Below, piece after piece: positions 53,944-63,575 of a stretch of DNA of 64,000 bases. The notes beneath the pieces are model-generated. The model was not told the origin of the DNA and did no database searches. It saw nothing but the letters and a program-made list of their open reading frames with translations. Made by a program: the position numbers and the translations under genes. The stretch lies in the NCBI GenBank assembly GCA_041891055.1, contig CP169074.1, positions 768,001 through 832,000 of the forward strand, given 5' to 3'. Positions within the stretch are counted from its first letter, which is position 1. Each line of letters opens with the position of its first letter. Source of the stretch: Halorutilales archaeon Cl-col2-1 (GTDB lineage: Archaea; Halobacteriota; Halobacteria; Halobacteriales; Afararchaeaceae).

Positions 53944-54569
53944 TAGTATTCGAGGTACTCCCTCGCTTCGTCGTCGGTGACCTGTCTGAAAGACGAGTAG
54001 AACTGACCCACGGCTCTGAAGCTCGCGGGTGTCTCGACTGCGACGACCTCGTCAGCCTCGCCTCTCAGCATATCGACCGTATCGGGCGATCCGACGGGAA
54101 CCGCGAGAACGGTCTTCTCGGCTCCCGCCTCCTTGACAAGTCTGATACACGCTATCGCAGTCGCACCCGTCGCAACGCCGTCATCGACTATTACGACGGT
54201 CTGGTCTTCGAGGTCGGGTGCTTCACGTTCTCCCCTGTACTTTTCGAGCTTCTGTCTCGCCTTCTCGGCGACGTTACTCGTCTCGTCGTCTATGTAGTCG
54301 TCGTCGACACCCAGGTCATCGATCAGGCTCTCGTTGAGCCAGACACTACCGTCGCTCGCGACGGATCCTATCGCAAGCTCGGGGTTATGGGGTGCGCCCA
54401 TCTTCTTCGCCACTACGATATCGAGAGGTGCTTCGAGCGCGTCAGCGACCTCTCGTCCGAGAGGGAGACCCCCGCGGGGTATCGCGAGAACTATGTCGGC
54501 GTCTATTTCTCTCTCCTTAAGATCCTCGGCGAGCTTTCTCCCGGCGTCTATCCTATCGTCGAATGCCAT
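53943..54569 (-). CDS. Phosphoribosyltransferase-like protein (COG1926 type)
   Basis: FDDRIDAGRKLA, IPRGG, PRPP loop IVDDGVATGAT and AVGQFY..F.QV.D.E. Confidence 0.92.
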   Translation of the reverse strand: MAFDDRIDAGRKLAEDLKEREIDADIVLAIPRGGLPLGREVADALEAPLDIVVAKKMGAPHNPELAIGSVASDGSVWLNESLIDDLGVDDDYIDDETSNVAEKARQKLEKYRGEREAPDLEDQTVVIVDDGVATGATAIACIRLVKEAGAEKTVLAVPVGSPDTVDMLRGEADEVVAVETPASFRAVGQFYSSFRQVTDDEAREYLEY

Positions 54570-54646
54570 AGCCGAGCTAAACCTTCGAGGCTGAAGTATA
54601 TGTGGGTGACAAACAACTATAATCCCTGAGTCTTTAGACAGTCACC

Positions 54647-55276
54647 ATGCTCGTGGAGATCCCTGTCGACGGAGTCGAACTCGAAGGCGATCTAATAATT
54701 CCTGACGGGGCCGAGTCGGTCGTAGTCTTCGCTCACGGAAGCGGAAGTAGCCGTAAGAGCCCGCGCAACAGGTACGTCGCCGAGGTTCTGCGCGAGAGAG
54801 GTCTCGGGACGCTTCTCTTCGACCTACTTACGGAAGAGGAGGACAGAAATAGGGAGAACAGGTTCGACATACCACTACTTACCGACAGGCTCGTCTCTGT
54901 TACCCGTTGGCTCTGGGACAGACAGGATACCGAAGACGAAGACTTCGACATCGGCTACTTCGGTTCGAGTACGGGCGCGGCGTCGGCGCTTAGGGGTAGC
55001 GCACGGCTGAGAGACGAGATAGAAGCGGTGGTGTCGAGAGGAGGACGCGTCGATCTCGCAGAGGAAGTCATAGACGAGGTCAAGTCGCCGACCCTCCTGA
55101 TAGTCGGAGGAGACGACACGCAGATACTCGAACTCAACCGCGAGATTCTAGAGAGGCTCGACTGTGAGAAGAGGCTACATATAGTCGAGGGCGCGGGGCA
55201 TCTCTTCGAGGGCGAGGGAGAGTTAGAAGAAGTCGCCGAGACCGCGGCGGACTGGTTCGAGAAGGAACTCAGATAA
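54647..55276 (+). CDS. Alpha/beta hydrolase (dienelactone-hydrolase-like)
   Basis: FAHGSGSSRKSPRN, GYFGSSTGAA, VSRGGR.DL, PTLLIVGG.D and GAGHLFE. Confidence 0.9.
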   Translation: MLVEIPVDGVELEGDLIIPDGAESVVVFAHGSGSSRKSPRNRYVAEVLRERGLGTLLFDLLTEEEDRNRENRFDIPLLTDRLVSVTRWLWDRQDTEDEDFDIGYFGSSTGAASALRGSARLRDEIEAVVSRGGRVDLAEEVIDEVKSPTLLIVGGDDTQILELNREILERLDCEKRLHIVEGAGHLFEGEGELEEVAETAADWFEKELR

Positions 55277-55284
55277 TAGATAAT

Positions 55285-56157
55285 ATGTACGACAAGATAC
55301 TCATACCCACCGACGGAAGCGACTGTGCCGACGAAGCCGCGAGACACGCCGTACGTATAGCCGAGAGGTTTGGTTCGGAGCTACACGTCCTCAACGCAGT
55401 CGAGACACACGAGTACGCGCCCACGGAAGGGGGTTCGATTGAGAGACAGGTCGACGTCGTTGAGGAGGAAGGCAGACAAGCAGTCGAGTCGGTATCGGAT
55501 ATGGCTTCGAAGAGAGATGTCGGGACGGTCGAGAAAGTATCGTACGGCTCCGTCCACGATGTCGTTCTCGACTATGTTGACAACGAGGGGATAGACCTCA
55601 TAGTCATGGGAACACACGGCAGGAAGGGTTTCCAGAGACTCCTCCTCGGGAGTAACGCCGCGAGAATACTCCGTAGATCCGAGGTGCCCGTCTTCACGGT
55701 TCCGTCACGGGGGGAAGACGAGTCAGACTACGTCTACGATGAGATACTCCTCCCAACCGACGGAAGCCCGGGATCGAAGGCGGCAGTCGAGAACGCAGTC
55801 GAGATAGCCCGGCAGTACGGCTCTACGGTTCACGTCGTCTATGTCATAGACGTACGGGTCGGAAGCTCGACAGGTGTGATACCCGACGTGGTCACCGCGC
55901 TTGAGAAGGAGGGCGAGAGAGCAACACGTGAGATCGCCGACGAGATAGATGAAGAGACAGAGGTCGTGACTGATGTTGTGATGGGAGTCCCCGGACGTGA
56001 GATAACCGATTACTCACGGGAACACGGTATCGACCTCATAGCTATGGGAACACACGGCAGGAAGGGCATAGGAAGGCTCCTCCTCGGGAGCACAGCCGAG
56101 ACGACAGTCCGAACCTCGGACGTCCCCGTCCTCACGGCTCGTACTGAGTCCGAATGA
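55285..56157 (+). CDS. Universal stress protein (tandem UspA domains)
   Basis: Two copies of YD.IL.PTDGS and DLI.MGTHGRKG..RLLLGS.A. Confidence 0.95.
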   Translation: MYDKILIPTDGSDCADEAARHAVRIAERFGSELHVLNAVETHEYAPTEGGSIERQVDVVEEEGRQAVESVSDMASKRDVGTVEKVSYGSVHDVVLDYVDNEGIDLIVMGTHGRKGFQRLLLGSNAARILRRSEVPVFTVPSRGEDESDYVYDEILLPTDGSPGSKAAVENAVEIARQYGSTVHVVYVIDVRVGSSTGVIPDVVTALEKEGERATREIADEIDEETEVVTDVVMGVPGREITDYSREHGIDLIAMGTHGRKGIGRLLLGSTAETTVRTSDVPVLTARTESE

Positions 56158-56198
56158 CGGGAGTTTATTTATATCTGGTGTGATATATAGTGCTAAGT

Positions 56199-57572
56199 AT
56201 GGCACGTGACATAACTAAGAGACGGAGAGACGTCCTCAAGGGCATAGGTGCAGCAGGAATAGCGGGTCTCGCGGGATGTACAGGCGGAGGTAACGGCGGC
56301 GGAGAAGATGCTGAAGACTCTGGTGGAGACGATGGCGGTCAAGAGACGACCGACGACACCGGCGACGGAGGAAACGGCGGTGGGGAAGGTCCTGACGTAC
56401 TCAACATTATCGGGTATCCCCAGAGCGGAATACAGATATTCAAGGACTTCTACACCAACTTCGAGGGAGAAGCCGAGATAATCGTCCCCGACGGTCTGAG
56501 AGACGGAGAGCTTCCCCAGAGGGTAGGAGCCGACATGTCGAACGTAACGGGCACGGCTCCGGGTGCCGCGGGTCCCAACCAGGAGGCTTTCGAGGATCTC
56601 TACACAGACGAGTACGACTCCGAGCCGAGTGTCTTCACCTCGAACACCTACGACGCGACGGCTGTGCTTCTGCTTGCGAACGCCGCCGCTGGTGAGAACA
56701 ACGGGGAGGCTGTCAAGATGCAGATGAGACGCGTAGCTAACCCGCCCGGTGAGAAGTACGGACCCGGAGAGATAGCCGAGGCAGCCGAAGCAGCCGCAAA
56801 CGGTGAGGATATAAACTACGAGGGAGCGTCGAGTACCGTCGACTTCGACGACAGGGGCGACCCAACATCGGCTACGTACGACGTCTGGGAGTTCGGTGAC
56901 GAGGGGACAGAAGTCGTCGACTCGGTGAGCTTTACGGGTCAGGAGCCCGCCGGCGAGGCGGCTGACGAGTCGCCAGGTGGTCTAGGTAGGACTCTTCAGG
57001 TGGGTATACTCCTCCCCCAGACGGGAGACCTCGCCCCCCTCGGAAATCCGATGATAGACGCCGCTATGCTCCCGATAAACGAGATCAACAGCTCCGACGT
57101 CGACCTCGAAGTCGACCACTCAATTCAGGACACACAGACGAGCCAGTCGGCGGGTATAAGTGGGGCGGAGGCTCTCGTCAACTCGGGATACCCAGCCGTG
57201 GTCGGCGCGGCGTCGTCGGGTATCAACGTCCCCGTCTCGAAGAACGTCCTGATTCCCGCGGGTGTAGTCGGATGTTCGCCTTCGAGTACCGCTCTGAGTG
57301 TGTCCTTCCTAGAGGACGACGGCTACATATTCAGGACTGCGCCGAGTGATCTTCTCCAGGGACAGGCTATGGCACGTGTGGCGTCGGACAGGCTGGGAGC
57401 CTCGGCTGCCTCGACCTTCTACGTCAACAACTCGTACGGACAGCAGCTTTCCGAACAGTTCTCCGACAACTTCACCGAGGAGTACGGCGGAGAGGTATAC
57501 CACAAGGTCTCGTTCGAGAAACAGCAGTCGTCGTACACCGCTAAGCTCGAACAGGCACTGAGTCCTCAGTAA
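56199..57572 (+). CDS. Branched-chain amino acid ABC substrate-binding lipoprotein (circularly permuted)
   Basis: Tat-lipoprotein signal RRRDVLK...LAGC; LivJ-type motifs occur in reversed order. Confidence 0.85.
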   Translation: MARDITKRRRDVLKGIGAAGIAGLAGCTGGGNGGGEDAEDSGGDDGGQETTDDTGDGGNGGGEGPDVLNIIGYPQSGIQIFKDFYTNFEGEAEIIVPDGLRDGELPQRVGADMSNVTGTAPGAAGPNQEAFEDLYTDEYDSEPSVFTSNTYDATAVLLLANAAAGENNGEAVKMQMRRVANPPGEKYGPGEIAEAAEAAANGEDINYEGASSTVDFDDRGDPTSATYDVWEFGDEGTEVVDSVSFTGQEPAGEAADESPGGLGRTLQVGILLPQTGDLAPLGNPMIDAAMLPINEINSSDVDLEVDHSIQDTQTSQSAGISGAEALVNSGYPAVVGAASSGINVPVSKNVLIPAGVVGCSPSSTALSVSFLEDDGYIFRTAPSDLLQGQAMARVASDRLGASAASTFYVNNSYGQQLSEQFSDNFTEEYGGEVYHKVSFEKQQSSYTAKLEQALSPQ

Positions 57573-57581
57573 AAAGGAGGT

Positions 57582-58295
57582 TTAGCCTCCGAGGAACTCC
57601 TCTCTGACCTCGGGGTCTTCGAGGAGGTTGTCGCCGTCGTCGGAGAATCTGTTCTGTCCCTGTGCGAGGACGTATCCGCGGTCACATCTTCTGAGAGCTT
57701 CCTTCGCGTTCTGCTCGACCATGAGTATAGAGGTACCCGAGTCGTTGATCTCGTCTATCCTGTCGAACATCTCGTCGACTAAGTCGGGTGCTAAGCCAGC
57801 ACTCGGCTCGTCTAAGAGGAGTAGGTCGGGATCGAGCATCAGGGCGCGTCCCATAGCGAGCATCTGTCTCTGCCCTCCGCTCATACTCCCCGCTTTCTGG
57901 GACTTGCGTTCCTCCAGGACAGGGAAGTAGTCGAAGACGTCTTCGAGGGCTTCGTCGGGAACCTCGTCGAGTATATAGGCTCCCATCTCCAAGTTCTCGA
58001 TCACCGAGAGAGAGGTAAAGACGTTGTCGTTCTGGGGAACGTATCCTATCCCCTCGTGTATTATACTCTCGGGTTCGAGTCCGGTTATATCCTTCCCGTC
58101 GAATACGACCGAGCCGCCCATATGTGTCGTGAGACCGAAGACCGACTTCATCGCCGTCGACTTCCCGGCTCCGTTGGGTCCGACTATGGTGACGTACTCG
58201 CCTTCCTCGACCTCTAAGTCGACACCGTCGAGTATCTGGAGGTTTCCGTACCCCGCCTCTAAGCCGGATACTTCGAGTAACGCCATCTCAGACAC
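57582..58295 (-). CDS. livF: BCAA ABC transporter ATP-binding protein
   Basis: GPNGAGKS, MSGGQRQMLAMGRALM, DEPSAGLAP and VEQNA. Confidence 0.92.
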   Translation of the reverse strand: MSEMALLEVSGLEAGYGNLQILDGVDLEVEEGEYVTIVGPNGAGKSTAMKSVFGLTTHMGGSVVFDGKDITGLEPESIIHEGIGYVPQNDNVFTSLSVIENLEMGAYILDEVPDEALEDVFDYFPVLEERKSQKAGSMSGGQRQMLAMGRALMLDPDLLLLDEPSAGLAPDLVDEMFDRIDEINDSGTSILMVEQNAKEALRRCDRGYVLAQGQNRFSDDGDNLLEDPEVREEFLGG

Positions 58296-59067
58296 CTCCT
58301 AAGTAGGCTTCTATGACTCTCTCGTCTGACTTTACTTCCTCGGGTGTTCCGTCGGTCAGAACCTCTCCCTGGTGCATGAATACGACGTGTTCGCAGTTCT
58401 CCATTATGAGGTCGATGTCGTGCTCGACTATGAGGAAGGTGTAGCCGTCCTCCCTGAGATCGTGTATACGTTCGAGGAGCTTCTTCTCAAGAGTGGGGTT
58501 CACACCCGCGAAGGGTTCGTCTAAGAGGAGTGTGTCGGGATCTGTCATCATAGCCCTCGCCATCTCCAACAGCTTGAGCTGTCCGCCCGAGAGGTTACCC
58601 GCGTACTCCGTGGCGAGATGGTCTATCTCGAAGAACTCAAGCGTCTCCCACGCCTCCTCACGTATCTCCTCCTCGTCCTCGATTACGCCGCGGCGGGCTC
58701 CCGGAAGAACAGACCGCCAGAGCTTCTCACCTCTCTGGTTCTGTGGTGCGAGCATCATGTTTTCGAGGACAGTCATCTCGGATAGCTCGCGTGCTATCTG
58801 GAAGGTACGTACGAGACCCTTCTGTGCTATAACGTGGGGCTCGTCTCCGGTCACGTCGTTGCCCTCAAAGTAGACGTTTCCGCTCGTGGGCTTTATCTGT
58901 CCCGTGATGAGGTTGAACGTCGTCGACTTACCCGCGCCGTTGGGACCAATCAAGCCGGTTATAGTTCCCTTCTCCACTTCGAACGTAGCGCCGTCAACTG
59001 CGGTTATGCCGCCGAACTTCTTTCTGAGATCTTCGACCCTGAGAACGGCTGTCGAACTCCGGCTCAC
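58288..59067 (-). CDS. livG: BCAA ABC transporter ATP-binding protein
   Basis: FGGITAVD, RTFQ, LSGGQ, DEP.AGVNP and VIEAYLG. Confidence 0.92.
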   Translation of the reverse strand: MSRSSTAVLRVEDLRKKFGGITAVDGATFEVEKGTITGLIGPNGAGKSTTFNLITGQIKPTSGNVYFEGNDVTGDEPHVIAQKGLVRTFQIARELSEMTVLENMMLAPQNQRGEKLWRSVLPGARRGVIEDEEEIREEAWETLEFFEIDHLATEYAGNLSGGQLKLLEMARAMMTDPDTLLLDEPFAGVNPTLEKKLLERIHDLREDGYTFLIVEHDIDLIMENCEHVVFMHQGEVLTDGTPEEVKSDERVIEAYLGGV

Positions 59068-60395
59068 GTGTCACCACCTCCTTCGACGTCACCGCCTCCC
59101 TTCCTTACCGACAGATCGACCGCCGACGCCTCTTCTTTCCTGTGCCCTAAGAGTCCCTCAGGATGTCTCTGCATCAGCCAGATGAGGATCACACCCATTA
59201 TCACAAGACGGAGTGTACCTCTCAGGGACTCGACGACGTAGGCGACGAAGGGAGCGAAGTCGAGCGACAAGATAGGGGCGACCGCGTCGTCGAAAGCCGA
59301 CGGCGGGCTACCTATCTCGAAGACGTTAGTGACGACTTTGTTTAGGTAACGCGGTCCCTCCCAGAGACCCGCCGAGAAGACTGCGGCTCCCAGAACGCTT
59401 CCCGTGTTCGAGGACGAGCCGCCGATTATGAGTGCGACCCAGACGTAGAAGGTGAACTCAGGCTGGAAGACGTCGGGGTAGACACGTCCCTGGCTTCCTC
59501 TCCAGAGTATCCCGGCGAGCCCCATGAGGGCACAGCCGAGCATGAAGATCTTTATCTTGAAGACGTCGGTGTTCTTTCCGAGCGCACGAGCGACGTCCTC
59601 GTCCTCTCTCACCGCCTTGAGGACACGTCCAAAAGGCGAGAAGCCGACACGCATAGCGAGCCAGTAGATCGCTCCGACGAAGACTGCGAGTACGACAACA
59701 TAAGCCCACGAGACGACGACTGAACTCTGGATTCCCACCGACTCCATCACTGAGAAGACGGAGGCTCCGAAGCCGTTGGGCTCGCCGGCTCCCTCGGCTG
59801 TCTTGTAGAAGATCAGACGTACCGGGTTTTCGGGAGTGGCTATGCCGTTTCCTCCTCCCGTGCCGAGCCTCGTGCCGAGGAGTGTGAAGCTACCTAAGGC
59901 GTCCGACTTGAAGCTCAGACGGAGTATCTCGGCGAGTCCGACTGTCACTATAGCGAGATAGTCGGCGCGGAGACGCAGAGCAGGTAATGCGACTAAGAAG
60001 CCTAAGACTGCCGACGCCACCATTCCGGCTACTATACCGACGATGAGTGGCATTCCTAATCCGGGAACACCGAATCCGAGAGGAACCTCCTCCGCGGCGG
60101 GAACAGACGGACGTGTGAAGATCGCCGTCGTGTAGATACCGACAGCCATGAACCCCGTGACTCCTATATTAAAGAGGCCCGCGTATCCCCACTGGAGGTT
60201 GAGCGCGAGTGTGAGCATAGCGTAGACGGACGTCAGAAACGTCACTCGTCTGAGTGTGTTGGCTATTCCGTTGGTGCTCAGACCCAGAACCCCTCCTATG
60301 ACAGTGTAGACGACGTAGATACCGAACATCATCGCGGCTATCTTGACTGCGTCGTCGTCGAGAGCCTCAGCGAGTGCTTCTCTAGTACTATTCAT
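59064..60395 (-). CDS. livM: BCAA ABC transporter permease
   Basis: LNLQWGYAGLFNIG, LRLRADYLAIVT and SPFGRVLKAVREDE. Confidence 0.9.
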   Translation of the reverse strand: MNSTREALAEALDDDAVKIAAMMFGIYVVYTVIGGVLGLSTNGIANTLRRVTFLTSVYAMLTLALNLQWGYAGLFNIGVTGFMAVGIYTTAIFTRPSVPAAEEVPLGFGVPGLGMPLIVGIVAGMVASAVLGFLVALPALRLRADYLAIVTVGLAEILRLSFKSDALGSFTLLGTRLGTGGGNGIATPENPVRLIFYKTAEGAGEPNGFGASVFSVMESVGIQSSVVVSWAYVVVLAVFVGAIYWLAMRVGFSPFGRVLKAVREDEDVARALGKNTDVFKIKIFMLGCALMGLAGILWRGSQGRVYPDVFQPEFTFYVWVALIIGGSSSNTGSVLGAAVFSAGLWEGPRYLNKVVTNVFEIGSPPSAFDDAVAPILSLDFAPFVAYVVESLRGTLRLVIMGVILIWLMQRHPEGLLGHRKEEASAVDLSVRKGGGDVEGGGDT

Positions 60396-61492
60396 GCTGT
60401 CGACCTCCCTGAGAATAGTCCCTCTGGCTTGAGCACGAGTAGTACGATCATTATGAGGAAGGCAGTCGGTAACGTGAAGTCACCACTTGGGAGCCAGACC
60501 ATCGAGAGACGCTGTGAGATGCCGATTACGAGACCTCCCGCCATAGCACCGTATATCGACCCTATTCCTCCGAGTATAACAGCCGCAAATATGAGAAGTA
60601 TGAGGAGCCAGCCGAACTGGTAGCTTATGCTTCCACTTTCGAGAACCGAGAGATACCCCGCTGCGCCTGCGAGTCCTCCGCCGAGTATCCAGGTCCATCT
60701 CACGACTTTCTCAGTCGGAATCCCGGTTATACGTGCGAGATCCTCGTTGTCAGAGGTCGCCCTCATCGCCTTTCCGAGCTTACTGTACCTCAGGACTGCG
60801 TGGACGAGAGCCATCAGAACGAGGGAGACGACGACGAGTGCGACCTGGTGTGACGTCACCGTGACCGTTCCCTCGGCGAGAGCGAGATTCCACGACTCAA
60901 GGATGGGTGTCGTGCCTCTGTTGTTGGTCGAGTAGACGAATCCTATCAGGTATCTCAGAGCGAATGAGACTCCGACACTCGCTATCAGAAGAGAGATACT
61001 GTCCTTGTCTCTCATCGGCTTGTAGACCGTCCTGTCTATGAGGAGAGAGACAGCCGCGGTAGCTACGCCAGCGAAGAGTATCCCCAGGACAACCGCGAAA
61101 GTAGTGTTGAGAACCGTGACACCTATCTCGGCACCGTAGACCTCACTTCCGGGTCCGACGAGTATCAGTCTTCCGAGGTCGTATGACCCGTATCCGACGA
61201 CGATGTAGGTGAGACCCCAGCCGAGGAAGCCTCCCGTAGTCACGTAGTCGCCGTGTGCGAAGTTGGCGAATCCGAGTATGCTGTAGGTCATCGAGAGACC
61301 GACTCCCGCGAGACCCACTGTAAGTCCCAAGACGGAGCCCTCCCAGACATAAGTAAGGAAAGCCGAGTAGGTGAGGCTCCCGGTTACGAGCCTACGTATC
61401 AGGTCGAGTAAGAGTACCAGACCCACTCCTACGGCTACTGCCGCAAAGGGATTCTCACGCACCGCCTCGTAAGGTGAGTTTACCGTCGCCAT
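60392..61492 (-). CDS. livH: BCAA ABC transporter permease
   Basis: GLSMTYSILGFANFAHGD, GKAMRA..DN..LA...GI and AVILGGIGS. Confidence 0.9.
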   Translation of the reverse strand: MATVNSPYEAVRENPFAAVAVGVGLVLLLDLIRRLVTGSLTYSAFLTYVWEGSVLGLTVGLAGVGLSMTYSILGFANFAHGDYVTTGGFLGWGLTYIVVGYGSYDLGRLILVGPGSEVYGAEIGVTVLNTTFAVVLGILFAGVATAAVSLLIDRTVYKPMRDKDSISLLIASVGVSFALRYLIGFVYSTNNRGTTPILESWNLALAEGTVTVTSHQVALVVVSLVLMALVHAVLRYSKLGKAMRATSDNEDLARITGIPTEKVVRWTWILGGGLAGAAGYLSVLESGSISYQFGWLLILLIFAAVILGGIGSIYGAMAGGLVIGISQRLSMVWLPSGDFTLPTAFLIMIVLLVLKPEGLFSGRSTA

Positions 61493-61560
61493 GAGTTGTT
61501 TTAGTCTTCGAGTGATATGATATTATATCTTGTCATACGGTACCCCATCTACGGAGACGA

Positions 61561-62199
61561 CTACTCGTCACGTCTACGGAACTCGGGGGTTCCCGACTCG
61601 TGCATCTCCCGAGAGACCTCACCCACGCTCTCCTTGAGGTCGTCGTGGTACTCATTCAGCCTCTCAGCGAGATCGTCGTCACGTACCGATAGGAACTGGA
61701 CAGCCGAGAGAGCGGCATTGAATGACTTTCCGGCGTCGGTCGCCACGATGGGTGCTCCCGTGGGCATTCCTATGACACTGTCGACCGACTTCTCTTGGAC
61801 GGGAACGCCGATCACGGGTACAGGATAGGCTACCGACGCCGTCATATTAGGGAGGTCGGCGCTCTTTCCGCCTGCGCCCGCGATGATTATGTCTATTCCG
61901 CGATCCTCCGCAGTCCTCCCGTAAGCGTACATGAGTTCGGGCGTCCTGTGAGCCGAGACGACGTAGGTCTCGAATGTGTAACGGCTCTCAGGTGGTTCGT
62001 AGTAGTCGGTGACCTCCTCGAATCCGAGACGAGTGAGAGCGTCGTAAGCTCCCACGGAGTCGTCGCCGTCTCCCATCATGATGTCGAAGTCGGAGTCAGA
62101 CCCCATTATGATACCCACGTTGGGAGTCTCCTCGTCGTCGAGTTCGTCCGACTCCGCCTGTTCCTCAAGCTCGTTTATGATTCTCTCGACTTGTCTCAT
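61561..62199 (-). CDS. purE: N5-CAIR mutase
   Basis: IIMGSDSD, SAHRTP, AGAGG.SA.LP and PVIGVP. Confidence 0.95.
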   Translation of the reverse strand: MRQVERIINELEEQAESDELDDEETPNVGIIMGSDSDFDIMMGDGDDSVGAYDALTRLGFEEVTDYYEPPESRYTFETYVVSAHRTPELMYAYGRTAEDRGIDIIIAGAGGKSADLPNMTASVAYPVPVIGVPVQEKSVDSVIGMPTGAPIVATDAGKSFNAALSAVQFLSVRDDDLAERLNEYHDDLKESVGEVSREMHESGTPEFRRRDE

Positions 62200-63323
62200 G
62201 GTTCGAAACTCAGGCTGTTTTTGATCTCTTCGGCTTGTCTGAGTAGCTCTTCAGTGTCGTCTCCCGTGACAGTGAAGTGTCCCATCTTTCGGAGGGGATA
62301 CTCAATACGTTTTCCATACCAGTGGAGGTGTGCCCCCGAGTCGAGGAGACCGTCGACGCCTTCGAGTCTGACGTCTCTGTCACCCGACTCGCCGAGTATG
62401 TTGACCGAGACAGCTGAGTCACGGAGCTCCGTAGAGCCGAGCGGGAGTCCGGTTACTGCACGGATGTGCTGTTCGAACTGTGACGTCTCGGCTCCCTCTA
62501 TCGTCCAGTGTCCCGAGTTGTGGGGACGTGGTGCTATCTCGTTTACGAGGACAGAGCCGTCGTGCTCGAAGAGCTCTATACCGTAGACACCTCTCCCTTC
62601 CATGGCTTCGAGTACTTCTCGCGCGACCTCGTGGGCTCTCTCAGCTACCTCGGTGGTGGTTCTCGCAGGCGTGACTGTCTTTCTGAGTATCTCGTCGCGG
62701 TGTACGGTTTCAGTCACCGGATAGACGTCGGTCTCACCGTCTCCCTTGACACCGATGACCGAGAGCTCACGGTCGTAATCGACGAACTCCTCTGCCATGA
62801 GTTCGCCGCGGAGCTCGTCGAGAGCATCCTCGAAGTCGTCGGGAGACTCGACGAGGTAGTTACCGCGTCCGTCGTAGCCGCCCTCACGGGCTTTGAGCAT
62901 TAAGGGTAGACCGAGTTCGTCAGCCGCCCGTCGAAGGTCTTCGACTGACCCCACCTTGACGTACTCGGGAACCGGAATGTCCCTCTTGGTCAGAGCCTCC
63001 TTCTGACGGTACTTGTCCTGTATAAGTCTCAGGGTGTCAGGATTAGGATGCACGGGAACATCTACTTCTTCGACAGCATCGGGGTCTGCGAGCTCTATGT
63101 CGTAGGTGACGTAGTCGGCTGACTCGACCAACTCGTTAGCTCCCTCAACGGAGTCGAACTCCGAGACGACCTGGTCTCTCGCTACGGCTCGCGCAGGCGC
63201 GTCGGAGGTGGGATCGAGAAAGACGACCTCGAAGCCGAGGGGCGACGCAGCCTCACAGATCATACGGCAGAGCTGTCCGCCTCCGATAACCCCGATAGTC
63301 ACTGGCTCAGACGTGAGATTCAC
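62196..63323 (-). CDS. purK: N5-CAIR synthetase
   Basis: GGGQL, GGYDGRGN, NEIAPRPHNSGH, SQFEQH and RKMGH; probable GTG start at 63323. Confidence 0.95.
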   Translation of the reverse strand: MNLTSEPVTIGVIGGGQLCRMICEAASPLGFEVVFLDPTSDAPARAVARDQVVSEFDSVEGANELVESADYVTYDIELADPDAVEEVDVPVHPNPDTLRLIQDKYRQKEALTKRDIPVPEYVKVGSVEDLRRAADELGLPLMLKAREGGYDGRGNYLVESPDDFEDALDELRGELMAEEFVDYDRELSVIGVKGDGETDVYPVTETVHRDEILRKTVTPARTTTEVAERAHEVAREVLEAMEGRGVYGIELFEHDGSVLVNEIAPRPHNSGHWTIEGAETSQFEQHIRAVTGLPLGSTELRDSAVSVNILGESGDRDVRLEGVDGLLDSGAHLHWYGKRIEYPLRKMGHFTVTGDDTEELLRQAEEIKNSLSFEP

Positions 63324-63575
63324 AGTTCGGGATTCGTCGTAGAATCTATTAAACCTCAAGATTTCCGTACAGCCTTGTCCAGTGTGTTTACTGTTCCAAC
63401 AAGACAAAATTTAGTTAATATTAATTTTGTAAATATAAGACTTATGTATATTATTTTAAGATTAATTTAATAGAATCGCGGAACCCCTTTATATCCTGGG
63501 GTCAAGATCCGCCTTAAGGAAGAAGATTTAAAATATATAGATGTAGTAGCTCTAATAGGGGTACGAAGCAGACAT

